Shown in pieces: positions 10,901 through 25,700 of a stretch of DNA of 64,000 nucleotides (position 1 is its first letter; each line of letters starts with the position of its first letter). Source of the stretch: the human T2T-CHM13v2.0 reference genome, Homo sapiens. Below the pieces are notes generated by a model, which was not told the DNA's origin, ran no database searches, and saw only the letters and a program-made list of their open reading frames with translations. The position numbers were made by a program, and so were the translations under genes. The stretch lies in assembly GCF_009914755.1 (NCBI RefSeq), contig NC_060935.1; one strand, 5' to 3'.

Positions 10901-13900
10901 TTTGGAGGGCTTTGAGGCCTGTGGTGGAAAAGGAAAATCGTCACATAAAAAATTTATGGAAGCATTCTCAGAAACTTCTTTGTGATGATTGCATTCGACT
11001 CACAGAGTTGAACATTCCTATAGATAGAGCAGGTTGTAAACAATCTTTTTGTAGAATCTGCGATTGGAGATTTGGACTGCTTTGAGGCCTACTGTAGTAA
11101 AGGAAATTACTTCATCTAAAAACCAAACGGAAGCATTCACAGATAATTCTTAGTGATCATTGCATTGAACTAACAGAGCTGAACATTCCTTTAGATGGAG
11201 CAGTTTCCAAACCCACTTTCTGTAGAATCTGCAAGTGGATATTTGGACTTCTCTGAGGATTTCGTTGGAAACGGGATAAACTTCCCAAAACTACACGGAA
11301 GCATTGTGAGAAACTTCTTTGTGATGTTTGCATTCAACTCACAGAGTTGAACCTTGCTTTCATAGTTCAGCTTTCAAACACTCTTTTTGTAGAATCTGCA
11401 AGTGGATATTTGGACCACTTTGTGGCCTTCCTTCGAAACGGGTATATCTTCACATCAAACCTAGACAGAAGCATTCTCAGAATGTTTCCTGTGATGACTG
11501 CATTCAACTCACAGAGGTGAACAATCCTGCTGATGGAGCAGTTTTGAAACTCTCTTTCTTTGGATTCTGCAAGTGGATATGTGGACCTCTGTGAAGATTT
11601 CGTTGGAAAAGGGTTCATCTTCACAGAAAAACTAAACAGGAGCATTCTCAGAAACTGCTTTGTGATGTTTGTGTTCCACTTCAAGAATTGAACTTTCCTC
11701 TTGACAGAGCAGCTCTGAAACCCTCTTTTTCTAGAATCTGCAAGTGGACATTTGGAGGGCTTTGAGGCCTGTGGTGGAAAAGGAAAATCTTCACATAAAA
11801 ACTAGATGGAAGCATTCTCAGAAACTACTTTGTGATGATTGCATTCGACTCACAGAGTTGAACATTCCTATAGATAGAGCAGGTTGTAAACAATCTTTCT
11901 GTAGAATCTGCGATTGGAGATTTGGACTGCTTTGAGGCCTACTGTAGTAAAGGAAATAACTTCATCTAAAAACCAAACGGAAGCATTCACAGACAATTCT
12001 TAGTGATCATTGGATTGAACTAACAGAGCTGAACATTCCTTTAGATGGAGCAGTTTCCAAACACACTTTCTGTAGAATCTGCAAGTGGATATTTGGACTT
12101 CTCTGAGGATTTCGTTGGAAACGGGATAAACTTCCGAGAACTACAGGGAAGCATTGTGAGAAACTTCTTTGTGATGTTTGCATTCAACTCACAGAGTTGA
12201 ACCTTGCTTTCATAGTTCAGCTTTCAAACACTCTTTTTGTAGAATCTGCAAGTGGATATTTGGACCACTTTGTGGCCTTCCTTCGAAACGGGTATATCTT
12301 CACATCAAACCTAGACAGAAGCATTCTCAGAATGTTTCCTGTGATGACTGCATTCAACTCACAGAGGTGAACAATCCTGCTGATGGAGCAGTTTTGAAAC
12401 TCTCTTTCTTTGGATTCTGCAAGTGGATATGTGGACCTCTGTGAAGATTTCGTTGGAAACGGGTTCATCTTCACAGAAAAACTAAACAGGAGCATTCTCA
12501 GAAACTGCTTTGTGATGTTTGTGTTCCACTTAAAGAATTGAACTTTCCTCTTGACAGAGCAGCTCTGAAACCCTCTTTTTCTAGAATCTGCAAGTGGACA
12601 TTTGGAGGGCTTTGAGGCCTGTGGTGGAAAAGGAAAATCTTCACATAAAAACTTTATGGAAGCATTCTCAGAAACTACTTTGTGATGATTGCATTCGACT
12701 CACAGAGTTGAACATTCCTATAGATAGAGCAGGTTGTAAACAATCTTTTTGTAGAGTCTGCGATTGGAGATTTGGACTGCTTTGAGGCCTACTGTAGTAA
12801 AGGAAATTACTTCATCTAAAAACCAAACGGAAGCATTCACAGACAATTCTTAGTGATCATTGGATTGAACTAACAGAGCTGAACATTCCTTTAGATGGAG
12901 CAGTTTCCAAACCCACTTTCTGTAGAATCTGCAAGTGGATATTTGGACCTCTCTGAGGATTTCGTTGGAAAAGGGATAAACTTCCCAGAACTACACGGAA
13001 GCATTGTGAGAAACTTCTTTGTGATGTTTGCATTCAACTCACAGAGTTGAACCTTGTTTTCATAGTTCAGCTTTCAAACACTCTTTTTGTAGAATCTGCA
13101 AGTGGATATTTGGACCACTTTGTGGCCTTCCTTCGAAACGGGTATATCTTCACATCAAACCTAGACAGAAGCATTCTCAGAATGTTTCCTGTGATGACTG
13201 CATTCAACTCACAGAGGTGAACAATCCTGTTGATGGAGCACTTTTGAAACTCTCTTTCTTTGGATTCTGCAAGTTGATATGTGGACCTCTGTGAAGATTT
13301 CGTTGGAAACGAGTTCATCTTCACAGAAAAACTAAACAGAAGCATTCTCAAAAACTACTTTGTGATGTTTGTGTTCCACTTCAAGAATTGAACTTTCCTC
13401 TTGACAGAGCAGCTCTGAAAACCTCTTTTTCTAGAATCTGCAAGTGGACATTTGGAGGGCTTTGAGACCTGTGGTGGAAAAGGAAAATCTTCACATAAAA
13501 ACTAGATGGAAGCATTCTCAGAAACTACTTTGTGATGATTGCATTCGACTCACAGAGTTGAACATTCCTATAGATAGAGCAGGTTGTAAACAATCTTTTT
13601 CTAGAATCTGCGATTGGAGATTTGGACTGCTTTGAGGCCTACTGTAGTAAAGGAAATAACTTCATCTAAAAACCAAACGGAAGCATTCACAGACAATTCT
13701 TAGAGATCATTGGATTGAACTAACACAGCTGAACATTCCTTTAGATGGAGCAGTTTCCAAACACACTTTCTGCAGAATCTGCAAGTGGATATTTGGACTT
13801 CTCTGAGGATTTCGTTGGAAACGGGATAAACTTCCCAGAACTACACGGAAGAATTGTGAGAAACTTCTTTGTGATGTTTGCATTCAACTCACAGAGTTGA

Positions 13901-16900
13901 ACCTTGCTTTCATAGTTCAGCTTTCAAACACTCTTTTTGTAGAATCTGCAAGTGGATATTTGGACCACTTTGTGGCCTTCCTTCGAAACGGGTATATCTT
14001 CACATCAAACCTAGACAGAAGCATTCTCAGAATGTTTCCTGTGATGACTGCATTCAACTCACAGAGGTGAACAATCCTGCTGATGGAGCAGTTTTGAAAC
14101 TCTCTTTCTTTGGATTCTGCAAGTGGATATGTGGACCTCTGTGAAGATTTCGTTGGAAAAGGGTTCATCTTCACAGAAAAACTAAACAGGAGCATTCTCA
14201 GAAACTGCTTTGTGATGTTTGTGTTCCACTTCAAGAATTGAACTTTCCTCTTGACAGAGCAGCTCTGAAACCCTCTTTTTCTAGAATCTGCAAGTGGACA
14301 TTTGGAGGGCTTTGAGGCCTGTGGTGGAAAAGGAAAATCTTCACATAAAAACTAGATGGAAGCATTCTCAGAAACTACTTTGTGATGATTGCATTCGACT
14401 CACAGAGTTGAACATTCCTATAGATAGAGCAGGTTGTAAACAATCTTTCTGTAGAATCTGCGATTGGAGATTTGGACTGCTTTGAGGCCTACTGTAGTAA
14501 AGGAAATAACTTCATCTAAAAACCAAACGGAAGCATTCACAGACAATTCTTAGTGATCATTGGATTGAACTAACAGAGCTGAACATTCCTTTAGATGGAG
14601 CAGTTTCCAAACACACTTTCTGTAGAATCTGCAAGTGGATATTTGGACTTCTCTGAGGATTTCGTTGGAAACGGGATAAACTTCCGAGAACTACAGGGAA
14701 GCATTGTGAGAAACTTCTTTGTGATGTTTGCATTCAACTCACAGAGTTGAACCTTGCTTTCATAGTTCAGCTTTCAAACACTCTTTTTGTAGAATCTGCA
14801 AGTGGATATTTGGACCACTTTGTGGCCTTCCTTCGAAACGGGTATATCTTCACATCAAACCTAGACAGAAGCATTCTCAGAATGTTTCCTGTGACGACTG
14901 CATTCAACTCACAGAGGTGAACAATCCTGCTGATGGAGCAGTTTTGAAACTCTCTTTCTTTGGATTCTGCAAGTGGATATGTGGACCTCTGTGAAGATTT
15001 CGTTGGAAACGGGTTCATCTTCACAGAAAAACTAAACAGAAGCATTCTCAGAAACTGCTTTGTGATGTTTGTGTTCCACTTCAGGAATTGAACTTTCCTC
15101 TTGACAGAGCAGCTCTGAAACCCTCTTATTCTAGAATCTGCAAGTGGACATTTGGAGGGCTTTGAGGCCTGTGGTGGAAAAGGAAAATCTTCACATAAAA
15201 ACTAGATGGAAGCATTCTCAGAAACTACTTTGTGATGATTGCATTCGACTCACAGAGTTGAACATTCCTATAGATAGAGCAGGTTGTAAACAATCTTTTT
15301 GTAGAATCTGCGATTGGAGATTTGGACTGCTTTGAGGCCTACTGTAGTAAAGGAAATAACTTCATCTAAAAACCAAACGGAAGCATTCACAGACAATTCT
15401 TAGTGATCATTGGATTGAACTAACAGAGCTGAACATTCCTTTAGATGGAGCAGTTTCCAAACCCACTTTCTGTAGAATCTGCAAGTGGATATTTGGACTT
15501 CTCTGAGGATTTCGTTGGAAACGGGATAAACTTCCCAGAACTACAGGGAAGCATTGTGAGAAACTTCATTGTGATGTTTGCATTCAACTCACAGAGTTGA
15601 ACCTTGCTTTCATAGTTCAGCTTTCAAACACTCTTTTTGTAGAATCTGCAAGTGGATATTTGGACCACTTTGTGGCCTTCCTTCGAAACGGGTATATCTT
15701 CACATCAAACCTAGACAGAAGCATTCTCAGAATGTTTCCTGTGATGACTGCATTCAACTCACAGAGGTGAACAATCCTGCTGATGGAGCAGTTTTGAAAC
15801 TCTCTTTCTTTGGATTCTGCAAGTGGATATGTGGACCTCTGTGAAGATTTCGTTGGAAACGGGTTCATCTTCACAGAAAAACTAAACAGGAGCATTCTCA
15901 GAAACTGCTTTGTGATGTTTGTGTTCCACTTCAAGAATTGAACTTTCCTCTTGACAGAGCAGCTCTGAAACCCTCTTTTTCTAGAATCTGCAAGTGGACA
16001 TTTGGAGGGCTTTGAGGCCTGTGGTGGAAAAGGAAAATCTTCACATAAAAACTAGATGGAAGCATTCTCAGAAACTACTTTGTGATGATTGCATTCGACT
16101 CACAGAGTTGAACATTCCTATAGATAGAGCAGGTTGTAAACAATCTTTTTGTAGAATCTGCGATTGGAGATTTGGACTGCTTTGAGGCCTACTGTAGTAA
16201 AGGAAATAACTTCATCTAAAAACCAAACGGAAGCATTCACAGACAATTCTTAGTGATCATTGCATTGAACTAACAGAGCTGAACATTCCTTTAGATGGCG
16301 CAGTTTCCAAACACACTTTCTGTAGAATCTGCAAGTGGATATTTGGACCTCTCTGAGGATTTCGTTGGAAACGGGATAAACTTCCCAGAACTACACGGAA
16401 GCATTGTGAGAAACTTCTTTGTGATGTTTGCATTCAACTCACAGAGTTGAACCTTGCTTTCATAGTTCAGCTTTCAAACACTCTTTTTGTAGAATCTGCA
16501 AGTGGATATTTGGACCACATTGTGGCCTTCCTTCGAAACGGGTATATCTTCACATCAAACCTAGTCAGAAGCATTCTCAGAATGTTTCCTGTGATGACTG
16601 CATTCAACTCACAGAGGTGAACAATCCTGCTGATGGAGCAGTTTTGAAACTCTCTTTCTTTGGATTCTGCAAGTGGATATGTGGACCTCTGTGAAGATTT
16701 CGTTGGAAACGGGTTCATCTTCACAGAAAAACTAAACAGGAGCATTCTCAGAAACTGCTTTGTGATGTTTGTGTTCCACTTAAAGAATTGAACTTTCCTC
16801 TTGACAGAGCAGCTCTGAAACCCTCTTTTTCTAGAATCTGCAAGTGGACATTTGGAGGGCTTTGAGGCCTGTGGTGGAAAAGGAAAATCGTCACATAAAA

Positions 16901-19780
16901 ACTTTATGGAAGCATTCTCAGAAACTTCTTTGTGATGATTGCATTCGACTCACAGAGTTGAACATTCCTATAGATAGAGCAGGTTGTAAACAATCTTTTT
17001 GTAGAATCTGCGATTGGAGATTTGGACTGCTTTGAGGCCTGCTGTAGTAAAGGAAATTACTTCATCTAAAAACCAAACGGAAGCATTCACAGACAATTCT
17101 TAGTGATCATTGCATTGAACTAACAGAGCTGAACATTCCTTTAGATGGAGCAGTTTCCAAACCCACTTTCTGTAGAATCTGCAAGTGGATATTTGGACTT
17201 CTCTGAGGATTTCGTTGGAAACGGGATAAACTTCCCAGAACTACACGGAAGCATTGTGAGAAACTTCTTTGTGATGTTTGCATTCAACTCATAGAGTTGA
17301 ACCTTGCTTTCATAGTTCAGCTTTCAAACACTCTTTTTGTAGAATCTGCAAGTGGATATTTGGACCACTTTGTGGCCTTCCTTCGAAACGGGTATATCTT
17401 CACATCAAACCTAGACAGAAGCATTCTCAGAATGTTTCCTTTGATGACTGCATTCAACTCACAGAGGTGAATAATCCTGTTGATGGAGCACTTTTGAAAC
17501 TCTCTTTCTTTGGATTCTGCAAGTTGATATGTGGACCTCTGTGAAGATTTCGTTGGAAACGGGTTCATCTTCACAGAAAAACTAAACAGAAGCATTCTCA
17601 GAAACTACTTTGTGATGTTTTTGTTCCACTTCAAGAATTGAACTTTCCTCTTGACAGAGCAGCTCTGAAACCCTCTTTTTCTAGAATCTGCAAGTGGACA
17701 TTGGGAGGGCTTTGAGGCCTGTGGTGGAAAAGGAAAATCTTCACATAAAAACTAGATGGAAGCATTCTCAGAAACTACTTTGTGATGATTGCATTCGACT
17801 CACAGAGTTGAACATTCCTATAGATAGAGCAGGTTGTAAACAATCTTTTTGTAGAATCTGCGATTGGAGATTTGGACTGCTTTGAGGCCTACTGTAGTAA
17901 AGGAAATAACTTCATCTAAAAACCAAACGGAAGCATTCACAGACAATTCTTAGTGATCATTGCATTGAACTAACAGAGGTGAACATTCCTTTAGATGGCG
18001 CAGTTTCCAAACACACTTTCTGTAGAATCTGCAAGTGTATATTTGGACTTCTCTGAGGATTTCTTTGGAAACGGGATAAACTTCCCAGAACTACACGGAA
18101 GCATTGTGAGAAAATTCTTTGTGATGTTTGCATTCAACTCACAGAGTTGAACCTTGCTTTCATAGTTCAGCTTTCAAACACTCTTTTTGTAGAATCTGCA
18201 AGTGGATATTTGGACCACTTTGTGGCCTTCCTTCGAAACGGGTATATCTTCACATCAAACATAGACAGAAGCATTCTCAGAATGTTTCCTGTGATGACTG
18301 CATTCAACTCACAGAGGTGAACAATCCTGCTGATGGAGCAGTTTTGAAACTCTCTTTCTTTGGATTCTGCAAGTGGATATGTGGACCTCTGTGAAGATTT
18401 CGTTGGAAACGGGTTCATCTTCACAGAAAAACTAAACAGGAGCATTCTCAGAAACTGCTTTGTGATGTTTGTGTTCCACTTAAAGAATTGAACTTTCCTC
18501 TTGACAGAGCAGCTCTGAAACCCTCTTTTTCTAGAATCTGCAAGTGGACATTTGGAGGGCTTTGAGGCCTGTGGTGGAAAAGGAAAATCTTCACATAAAA
18601 ACTTTATGGAAGCATTCTCAGAAACTTCTTTGTGATGATTGCATTCGACTCACAGAGTTGAACATTCCTATAGATAGAGCAGGTTGTAAACAATCTTTTT
18701 GTAGAGTCTGCGATTGGAGATTTGGACTGCTTTGAGGCCTACTGTAGTAAAGGAAATTACTTCATCTAAAAACCAAACGGAAGCATTCACAGACAATTCT
18801 TAGTGATCATTGGATTGAACTAACAGAGCTGAACATTCCTTTAGATGGAGCAGTTTCCAAAAACACTTTCTGTAGAATCTGCAAGTGGATATTTGGACTT
18901 CTCTGAGGATTTCGTTGGAAACGGGATAAACTTCCCAGAACTACACGGAAGCATTGTGAGAAACTTCTTTGTGATGTTTGCATTCAACTCACAGAGTTGA
19001 ACCTTGTTTTCATAGTTCAGCTTTCAAACACTCTTTTTGTAGAATCTGCAAGTGGATATTTGGACCAGTTTGTGGCCTTCCTTCGAAACGGGTATATCTT
19101 CACATCAAACCTAGACAGAAGCATTCTCAGAATGTTTCCTGTGATGACTGCATTCAACTCACAGAGGTGAACAATCCTGTTGATGGAGCACTTTTGAAAC
19201 TCTCTTTCTTTGGATTCTGCAAGTTGATATGTGGACCTCTGTGAAGATTTCGTTGGAAACGGGTTCATCTTCACAGAAAAACTAAACAGAAGCATTCTCA
19301 GAAACTACTTTGTGATGTTTGTGTTCCACTTCAAGAATTGAACTTTCCTCTTGACAGAGCAGCTCTGAAACCCTCTTTTTCTAGAATCTGCAAGTGGACA
19401 TTTGGAGGGCTTTGAGGCCTGTGGTGGAAAAGGAAAATCTTCACATAAAAACTAGATGGAAGCATTCTCAGAAACTACTTTGTGATGATTGCATTCGACT
19501 CACAGAGTTGAACATTCCTATAGATAGAGCAGGTTGTAAACAATCTTTTTGTAGAATCTGCGATTGGAGATTTGGACTGCTTTGAGGCCTACTGTAGTAA
19601 AGGAAGTAACTTCATCTAAAAACCAAACGGAAGCATTCACAGACAATTCTTAGTTATCATTGCATTGAACTAACAGAGCTGAACATTCCTTTAGATGGCG
19701 CAGTTTCCAAACACACTTTCTGTAGAATCTGCAAGTGGATATTTGGACCTCTCTGAGGATTTCGTTGGAAACGGGATAAA

Positions 19781-22700
19781 CTTCCCAGAACTACACGGAA
19801 GCATTGTGAGAAACTTCTTTGTGATGTTTGCATTCAACTCACAGAGTTGAACCTTGCTTTCATAGTTCAGCTTTCAAACACTCTTTTTGTAGAATCTGCA
19901 AGTGGATATTTGGACCACTTTGTGGCCTTCCTTCGAAACGGGTATATCTTCACATCAAACCTAGACAGAAGCATTCTCAGAATGTTTCCTGTGATGACTG
20001 CATTCAACTCACAGAGGTGAACAATCCTGTTGATGGAGCACTTTTGAAACTCTCTTTCTTTGGATTCTGCAAGTGGATATGTGGACCTCTGTGAAGATTT
20101 CGTTGGAAACGGGTTCATCTTCACAGAAAAATTAACAGAAGCATTCCCAGAAACTGCTTTGTGATGTTTGTGTTCCACTTCAGGAATTGAACTTTCCTCT
20201 TGACAGAGCAGCTCTGAAACCCTCTTATTCTAGAATCTGCAAGTCGACATTTGGAGGGCTTTGAGGCCTGTGGTGGAAAAGGAAAATCTTCACATAAAAA
20301 CTAGATGGAAGCATTCTCAGAAACTTCTTTGTGATGATTGCATTCGACTCACAGAGTTGAACATTCCTATAGATAGAGCAGGTTGTAAACAATCTTTTTG
20401 TAGAATCTGCGATTGGAGATTTGGACTGCTTTGAGGCCTACTGTAGTAAAGGAAATAACTTCATCTAAAAACCAAACGGAATCATTCACAGACAATTCTT
20501 AGTGATCATTGCATTGAACTAACAGAGCTGAACATTCCTTTAGATGGCGCAGTTTCCAAACACACTTTCTGTAGAATCTGCAAGTTGATATTTGGACCTC
20601 TCTGAGGATTTCGTTGGAAACGGGATAAACTTCCCAGAACTACAGGGAAGCATGCTGAGAAACTTCTTTGTGATGTTTGCATTCAACTCACAGAGTTGAA
20701 CCTTGCTTTCATAGTTCAGCTTTCAAACACTCTTTTTGTAGAATCTGCAAGTGGATATTTGGACCACTTTGTGGCCTTCCTTCGAAACGGGTATATCTTC
20801 ACATCAAACCTAGACAGAAGCATTCTCAGAATGTTTCCTGTGATGACTGCATTCAACTCACAGAGGTGAACAATCCTGCTGATGGAGCAGTTTTGAAACT
20901 CTCTTTCTTTGGATTCTGCAAGTGGATATGTGGACCTCTGTGAAGATTTCGTTGGAAACGGGTTCATCTTCACAGAAAAACTAAACAGAAGCATTCTCAG
21001 ATACTGCTTTGTGATGTTTGTGTTCCACTTCAGGAATTGAACTTTCCTCCTGACAGAGCAGCTCTGACACCCTCTTATTCTAGAATCTGCAAGTGGACAT
21101 TTGGAGGGCTTTGAGGCCTGCGGTGGAAAAGGAAAATCTTCACATAAAAACTAGATGGAAGCATTCTCAGAAACTACTTTGTGATGATTGCATTCGACTC
21201 ACAGAGTTGAACATTCCTATAGATAGAGCAGGTTGTAAACAATCTTTTTGTAGAATCTGCGATTGGAGATTTGGACTGCTTTGAGGCCTACAGTAGTAAA
21301 GGAAATAACTTCATCTAAAAACCAAACGGAAGCATTCACAGACAATTCTTAGTGATCATTGCATTGAACTAACAGAGCTGAACATTCCTTTAGATGGAGC
21401 AGTTTCCAAACACACTTTCTGTAGAACCTGCAAGTGGATATTTGGACCTCTCTGAGGATTTCGTTGGAAACGGCATAAACTTCCCAGAACTACACCGAAG
21501 CATTGTGAGAAACTTCTTTGTGATGTTTGCATTCAACTCACAGAGTTGAACCTTGCTTTCATAGTTCAGCTTTCAAACACTCTTTTTGTAGAATCTGCAA
21601 GTGGATATTTGGACCACTTTGTGGCCTTCCTTCGAAACGGGTATATCTTCACATCAAACCTAGACAGAAGCATTCTCAGAATGTTTCCTGTGATGACTGC
21701 ATTCAACTCACAGAGGTGAACAATCCTGCTGATGGAGCAGTTTTGAAACTCTCTTTCTTTGGATTCTGCAAGTGGATATGTGGACCTCTGTGAAGATTTC
21801 GTTGGAAACGGGTTCATCTTCACAGAAAAACTAAACAAGAGCATTCTCAGAAACTGCTTTGTGATGTTTGTGTTCCACTTCAAGAATTGAACTTTCCTCT
21901 TGACAGAGCAGCTCTGAAACCCTCTTTTTCTAGAATCTGCAAGTGGACATTTGGAGGGCTTTGAGGCCTGTGGTGGAAAAGGAAAATCTTCACATAAAAA
22001 CTAGATGGAAGCATTCTCAGAAACTACTTTGTGATGATTGCATTCGACTCACAGAGTTGAACATTCCTATAGATAGAGCAGGTTGTAAACAATCTTTTTG
22101 TAGAATCTGCGATTGGAGATTTGGACTGCTTTGAGGCCTACTGTAGTAAAGGAAATAACTTCATCTAAAAACCAAACGGAAGCATTCACAGACAATTCTT
22201 AGTGATCATTGGATTGAACTAACAGAGCTGAACATTCCTTTAGATGGAGCAGTTTCCAAACCCACTTTCTGTAGAATCTGCAAGTGGATATTTGGACTTC
22301 TCTGAGGATTTCGTTGGAAACGGGATAAACTTCCCAGAACTACACGGAAGCATTGTGAGAAACTTCTTTGTGATGTTTGCATTCAACTCACAGAGTTGAA
22401 CCTTGCTTTCATAGTTCAGCTTTCAAACACTCTTTTTGTAGAATCTGCAAGTGGATATTTGGACCACTTTGTGGCCTTCCTTCGAAACGGGTATATCTTC
22501 ACATCAAACCTAGACAGAAGCATTCTCAGAATGTTTCCTGTGATGACTGCATTCAACTCACAGAGTTGAATAATCCTGTTGATGGAGCACTTTTGAAACT
22601 CTCTTTCTTTGGATTCTGCAAGTGGATATGTGGACCTCTGTGAAGATTTCGTTGGAAACGGGTTCATCTTCACAGAAAAACTAAACAGAAGCATTCTCAG

Positions 22701-25700
22701 AAACTACTTTGTGATGTTTTTGTTCCACTTCAAGAACTGAACTTTCCTCTTGACAGAGCAGCTCTGAAACCCTCTTTTTCTAGAATCTGCAAGTGGACAT
22801 TTGGAGGGCTTTGAGGCCTGTGGTGCAAAAGGAAAATCTTCACATAAAAACTAGATGGAAGCATTCTCAGAAACTACTTTGTGATGATTGCATTCGACTC
22901 ACAGAGTTGAACATTCCTATAGATAGAGCAGGTTGTAAACAATCTTTTTGTAGAATCTGCGATTGGAGATTTGGACTGCTTTGAGGCCTACTGTAGTAAA
23001 GGAAATAACTTCATCTAAAAACCAAACGGAAGCATTCACAGACAATTCTTAGTGATCATTGCATTGAGCTAACAGAGGTGAACATTCCTTTAGATGGCGC
23101 AGTTTCCAAACACACTTTCTGTAGAATCTGCAAGTGGATATTTGGACTTCTCTGAGGATTTCGTTGGAAACGGGATAAACTTCCCAGAACTACACGGAAG
23201 CATTGTGAGAAAATTCTTTGTGATGTTTGCATTCAACTCACAGAGTTGAACCTTGCTTTCATAGTTCAGCTTTCAAACACTCTTTTTGTAGAATCTGCAA
23301 GTGGATATTTGGACCACTTTGTGGCCTTCCTTCGAAACGGGTATATCTTCACATCAAACCTAGACAGAAGCATTCTCAGAATGTTTCCTGTGATGACTGC
23401 ATTCAACTCACAGAGGTGAACAATCCTGCTGATGGAGCAGTTTTGAAACTCTCTTTCTTTGGATTCTGCAAGTGGATATGTGGACCTCTGTGAAGATTTC
23501 GTTGGAAACGGGTTCATCTTCACAGAAAAACTAAACAGGAGCATTCTCAGAAACTGCTTTGTGATGTTTGTGTTCCACTTAAAGAATTGAACTTTCCTCT
23601 TGACAGAGCAGCTCTGAAACCCTCTTTTTCTAGAATCTGCAAGTGGACATTTGGAGGGCTTTGAGGCCTGTGGTGGAAAAGGAAAATCTTCACATAAAAA
23701 CTTTATGGAAGCATTCTCAGAAACTACTTTGTGATGATTGCATTCGACTCACAGAGTTGAACATTCCTATAGATAGAGCAGGTTGTAAACAATCTTTTTG
23801 TAGAGTCTGCGATTGGAGATTTGGACTGCTTTGAGGCCTACTGTAGTAAAGGAAATTACTTCATCTAAAAACCAAACGGAAGCATTCACAGACAATTCTT
23901 AGTGATCATTGGATTGAACTAACAGAGCTGAACATTCCTTTAGATGGAGCAGTTTCCAAACCCACTTTCTGTAGAATCTGCAAGTGGATATTTGGACCTC
24001 TCTGAGGATTTCGTTGGAAAAGGGATAAACTTCCCAGAACTACACGGAAGCATTGTGAGAAACTTCTTTGTGATGTTTGCATTCAACTCACAGAGTTGAA
24101 CCTTGTTTTCATAGTTCAGCTTTCAAACACTCTTTTTGTAGAATCTGCAAGTGGATATTTGGACCACTTTGTGGCCTTCCTTCGAAACGGGTATATCTTC
24201 ACATCAAACCTAGACAGAAGCATTCTCAGAATGTTTCCTGTGATGACTGCATTCAACTCACAGAGGTGAACAATCCTGTTGATGGAGCACTTTTGAAACT
24301 CTCTTTCTTTGGATTCTGCAAGTTGATATGTGGACCTCTGTGAAGATTTCGTTGGAAACGAGTTCATCTTCACAGAAAAACTAAACAGAAGCATTCTCAA
24401 AAACTACTTTGTGATGTTTTTGTTCCACTTCAAGAATTGAACTTTCCTCTTGACAGAGCAGCTCTGAAAACCTCTTTTTCTAGAATCTGCAAGTGGACAT
24501 TTGGAGGGCTTTGAGACCTGTGGTGGAAAAGGAAAATCTTCACATAAAAACTAGATGGAAGCATTCTCAGAAACTACTTTGTGATGATTGCATTCGACTC
24601 ACAGAGTTGAACATTCCTATAGATAGAGCAGGTTGTAAACAATCTTTTTGTAGAATCTGCGATTGGAGATTTGGACTGCTTTGAGGCCTACTGTAGTAAA
24701 GGAAATAACTTCATCTAAAAACCAAACGGAAGCATTCACAGACAATTCTTAGTGATCATTGCATTGAACTAACAGAGCTGAACATTCCTTTAGATGGCGC
24801 AGTTTCCAAACACACTTTCTGTAGAATCTGCAAGTGGATATTTGGACCTCTCTGAGGATTTCGTTGGAAACGGGATAAACTTCCCAGAACTACACGGAAG
24901 CATTGTGAGAAACTTCTTTGTGATGTTTGCATTCAACTCACAGAGTTGAACCTTGCTTTCATAGTTCAGCTTTCAAACACTCTTTTTGTAGAATCTGCAA
25001 GTGGATATTTGGACCACTTTGTGGCCTTCCTTCGAAACGGGTATATCTTCACATCAAACCTAGACAGAAGCATTCTCAGAATGTTTCCTGTGATGACTGC
25101 ATTCAACTCACAGAGGTGAACAATCCTGCTGATGGAGCAGTTTTGAAACTCTCTTTCTTTGGATTCTGCAAGTGGATATGTGGACCTCTGTGAAGATTTC
25201 GTTGGAAACGGGTTCATCTTCACAGAAAAACTAAACAAGAGCATTCTCAGAAACTGCTTTGTGATGTTTGTGTTCCACTTCAAGAATTGAACTTTCCTCT
25301 TGACAGAGCAGCTCTGAAACCCTATTTTTCTAGAATCTGCAAGTGGACATTTGGAGGGCTTTGAGGCCTGTGGTGGAAAAGGAAAATCTTCACATAAAAA
25401 CTAGATGGAAGCATTCTCAGAAACTACTTTGTGATGATTGCATTCGACTCACAGAGTTGAACATTCCTATAGATAGAGCAGGTTGTAAACAATCTTTTTG
25501 TAGAATCTGCGATTGGAGATTTGGACTGCTTTGAGGCCTACTGTAGTAAAGGAAATAACTTCATCTAAAAACCAAACGGAAGCATTCACAGACAATTCTT
25601 AGTGATCATTGGATTGAACTAACAGAGCTGAACATTCCTTTAGATGGAGCAGTTTCCAAACCCACTTTCTGTAGAATCTGCAAGTGGATATTTGGACTTC

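Larger units (their letters stand above)
230..19780 (+). repeat. Large multi-HOR duplication, copy 1 (23 HORs, ~19.5 kb)
   Basis: Rare variants recur in the same order in copy 2: GTCGAC 694/20243, box CGGC 1910/21459 (offset 19,549); TACATAGA 8471/27170, box TTCT 18060/36759, GTTATC ~19653/~38352 (offset 18,699). Boundaries approximate. Confidence 0.9.
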
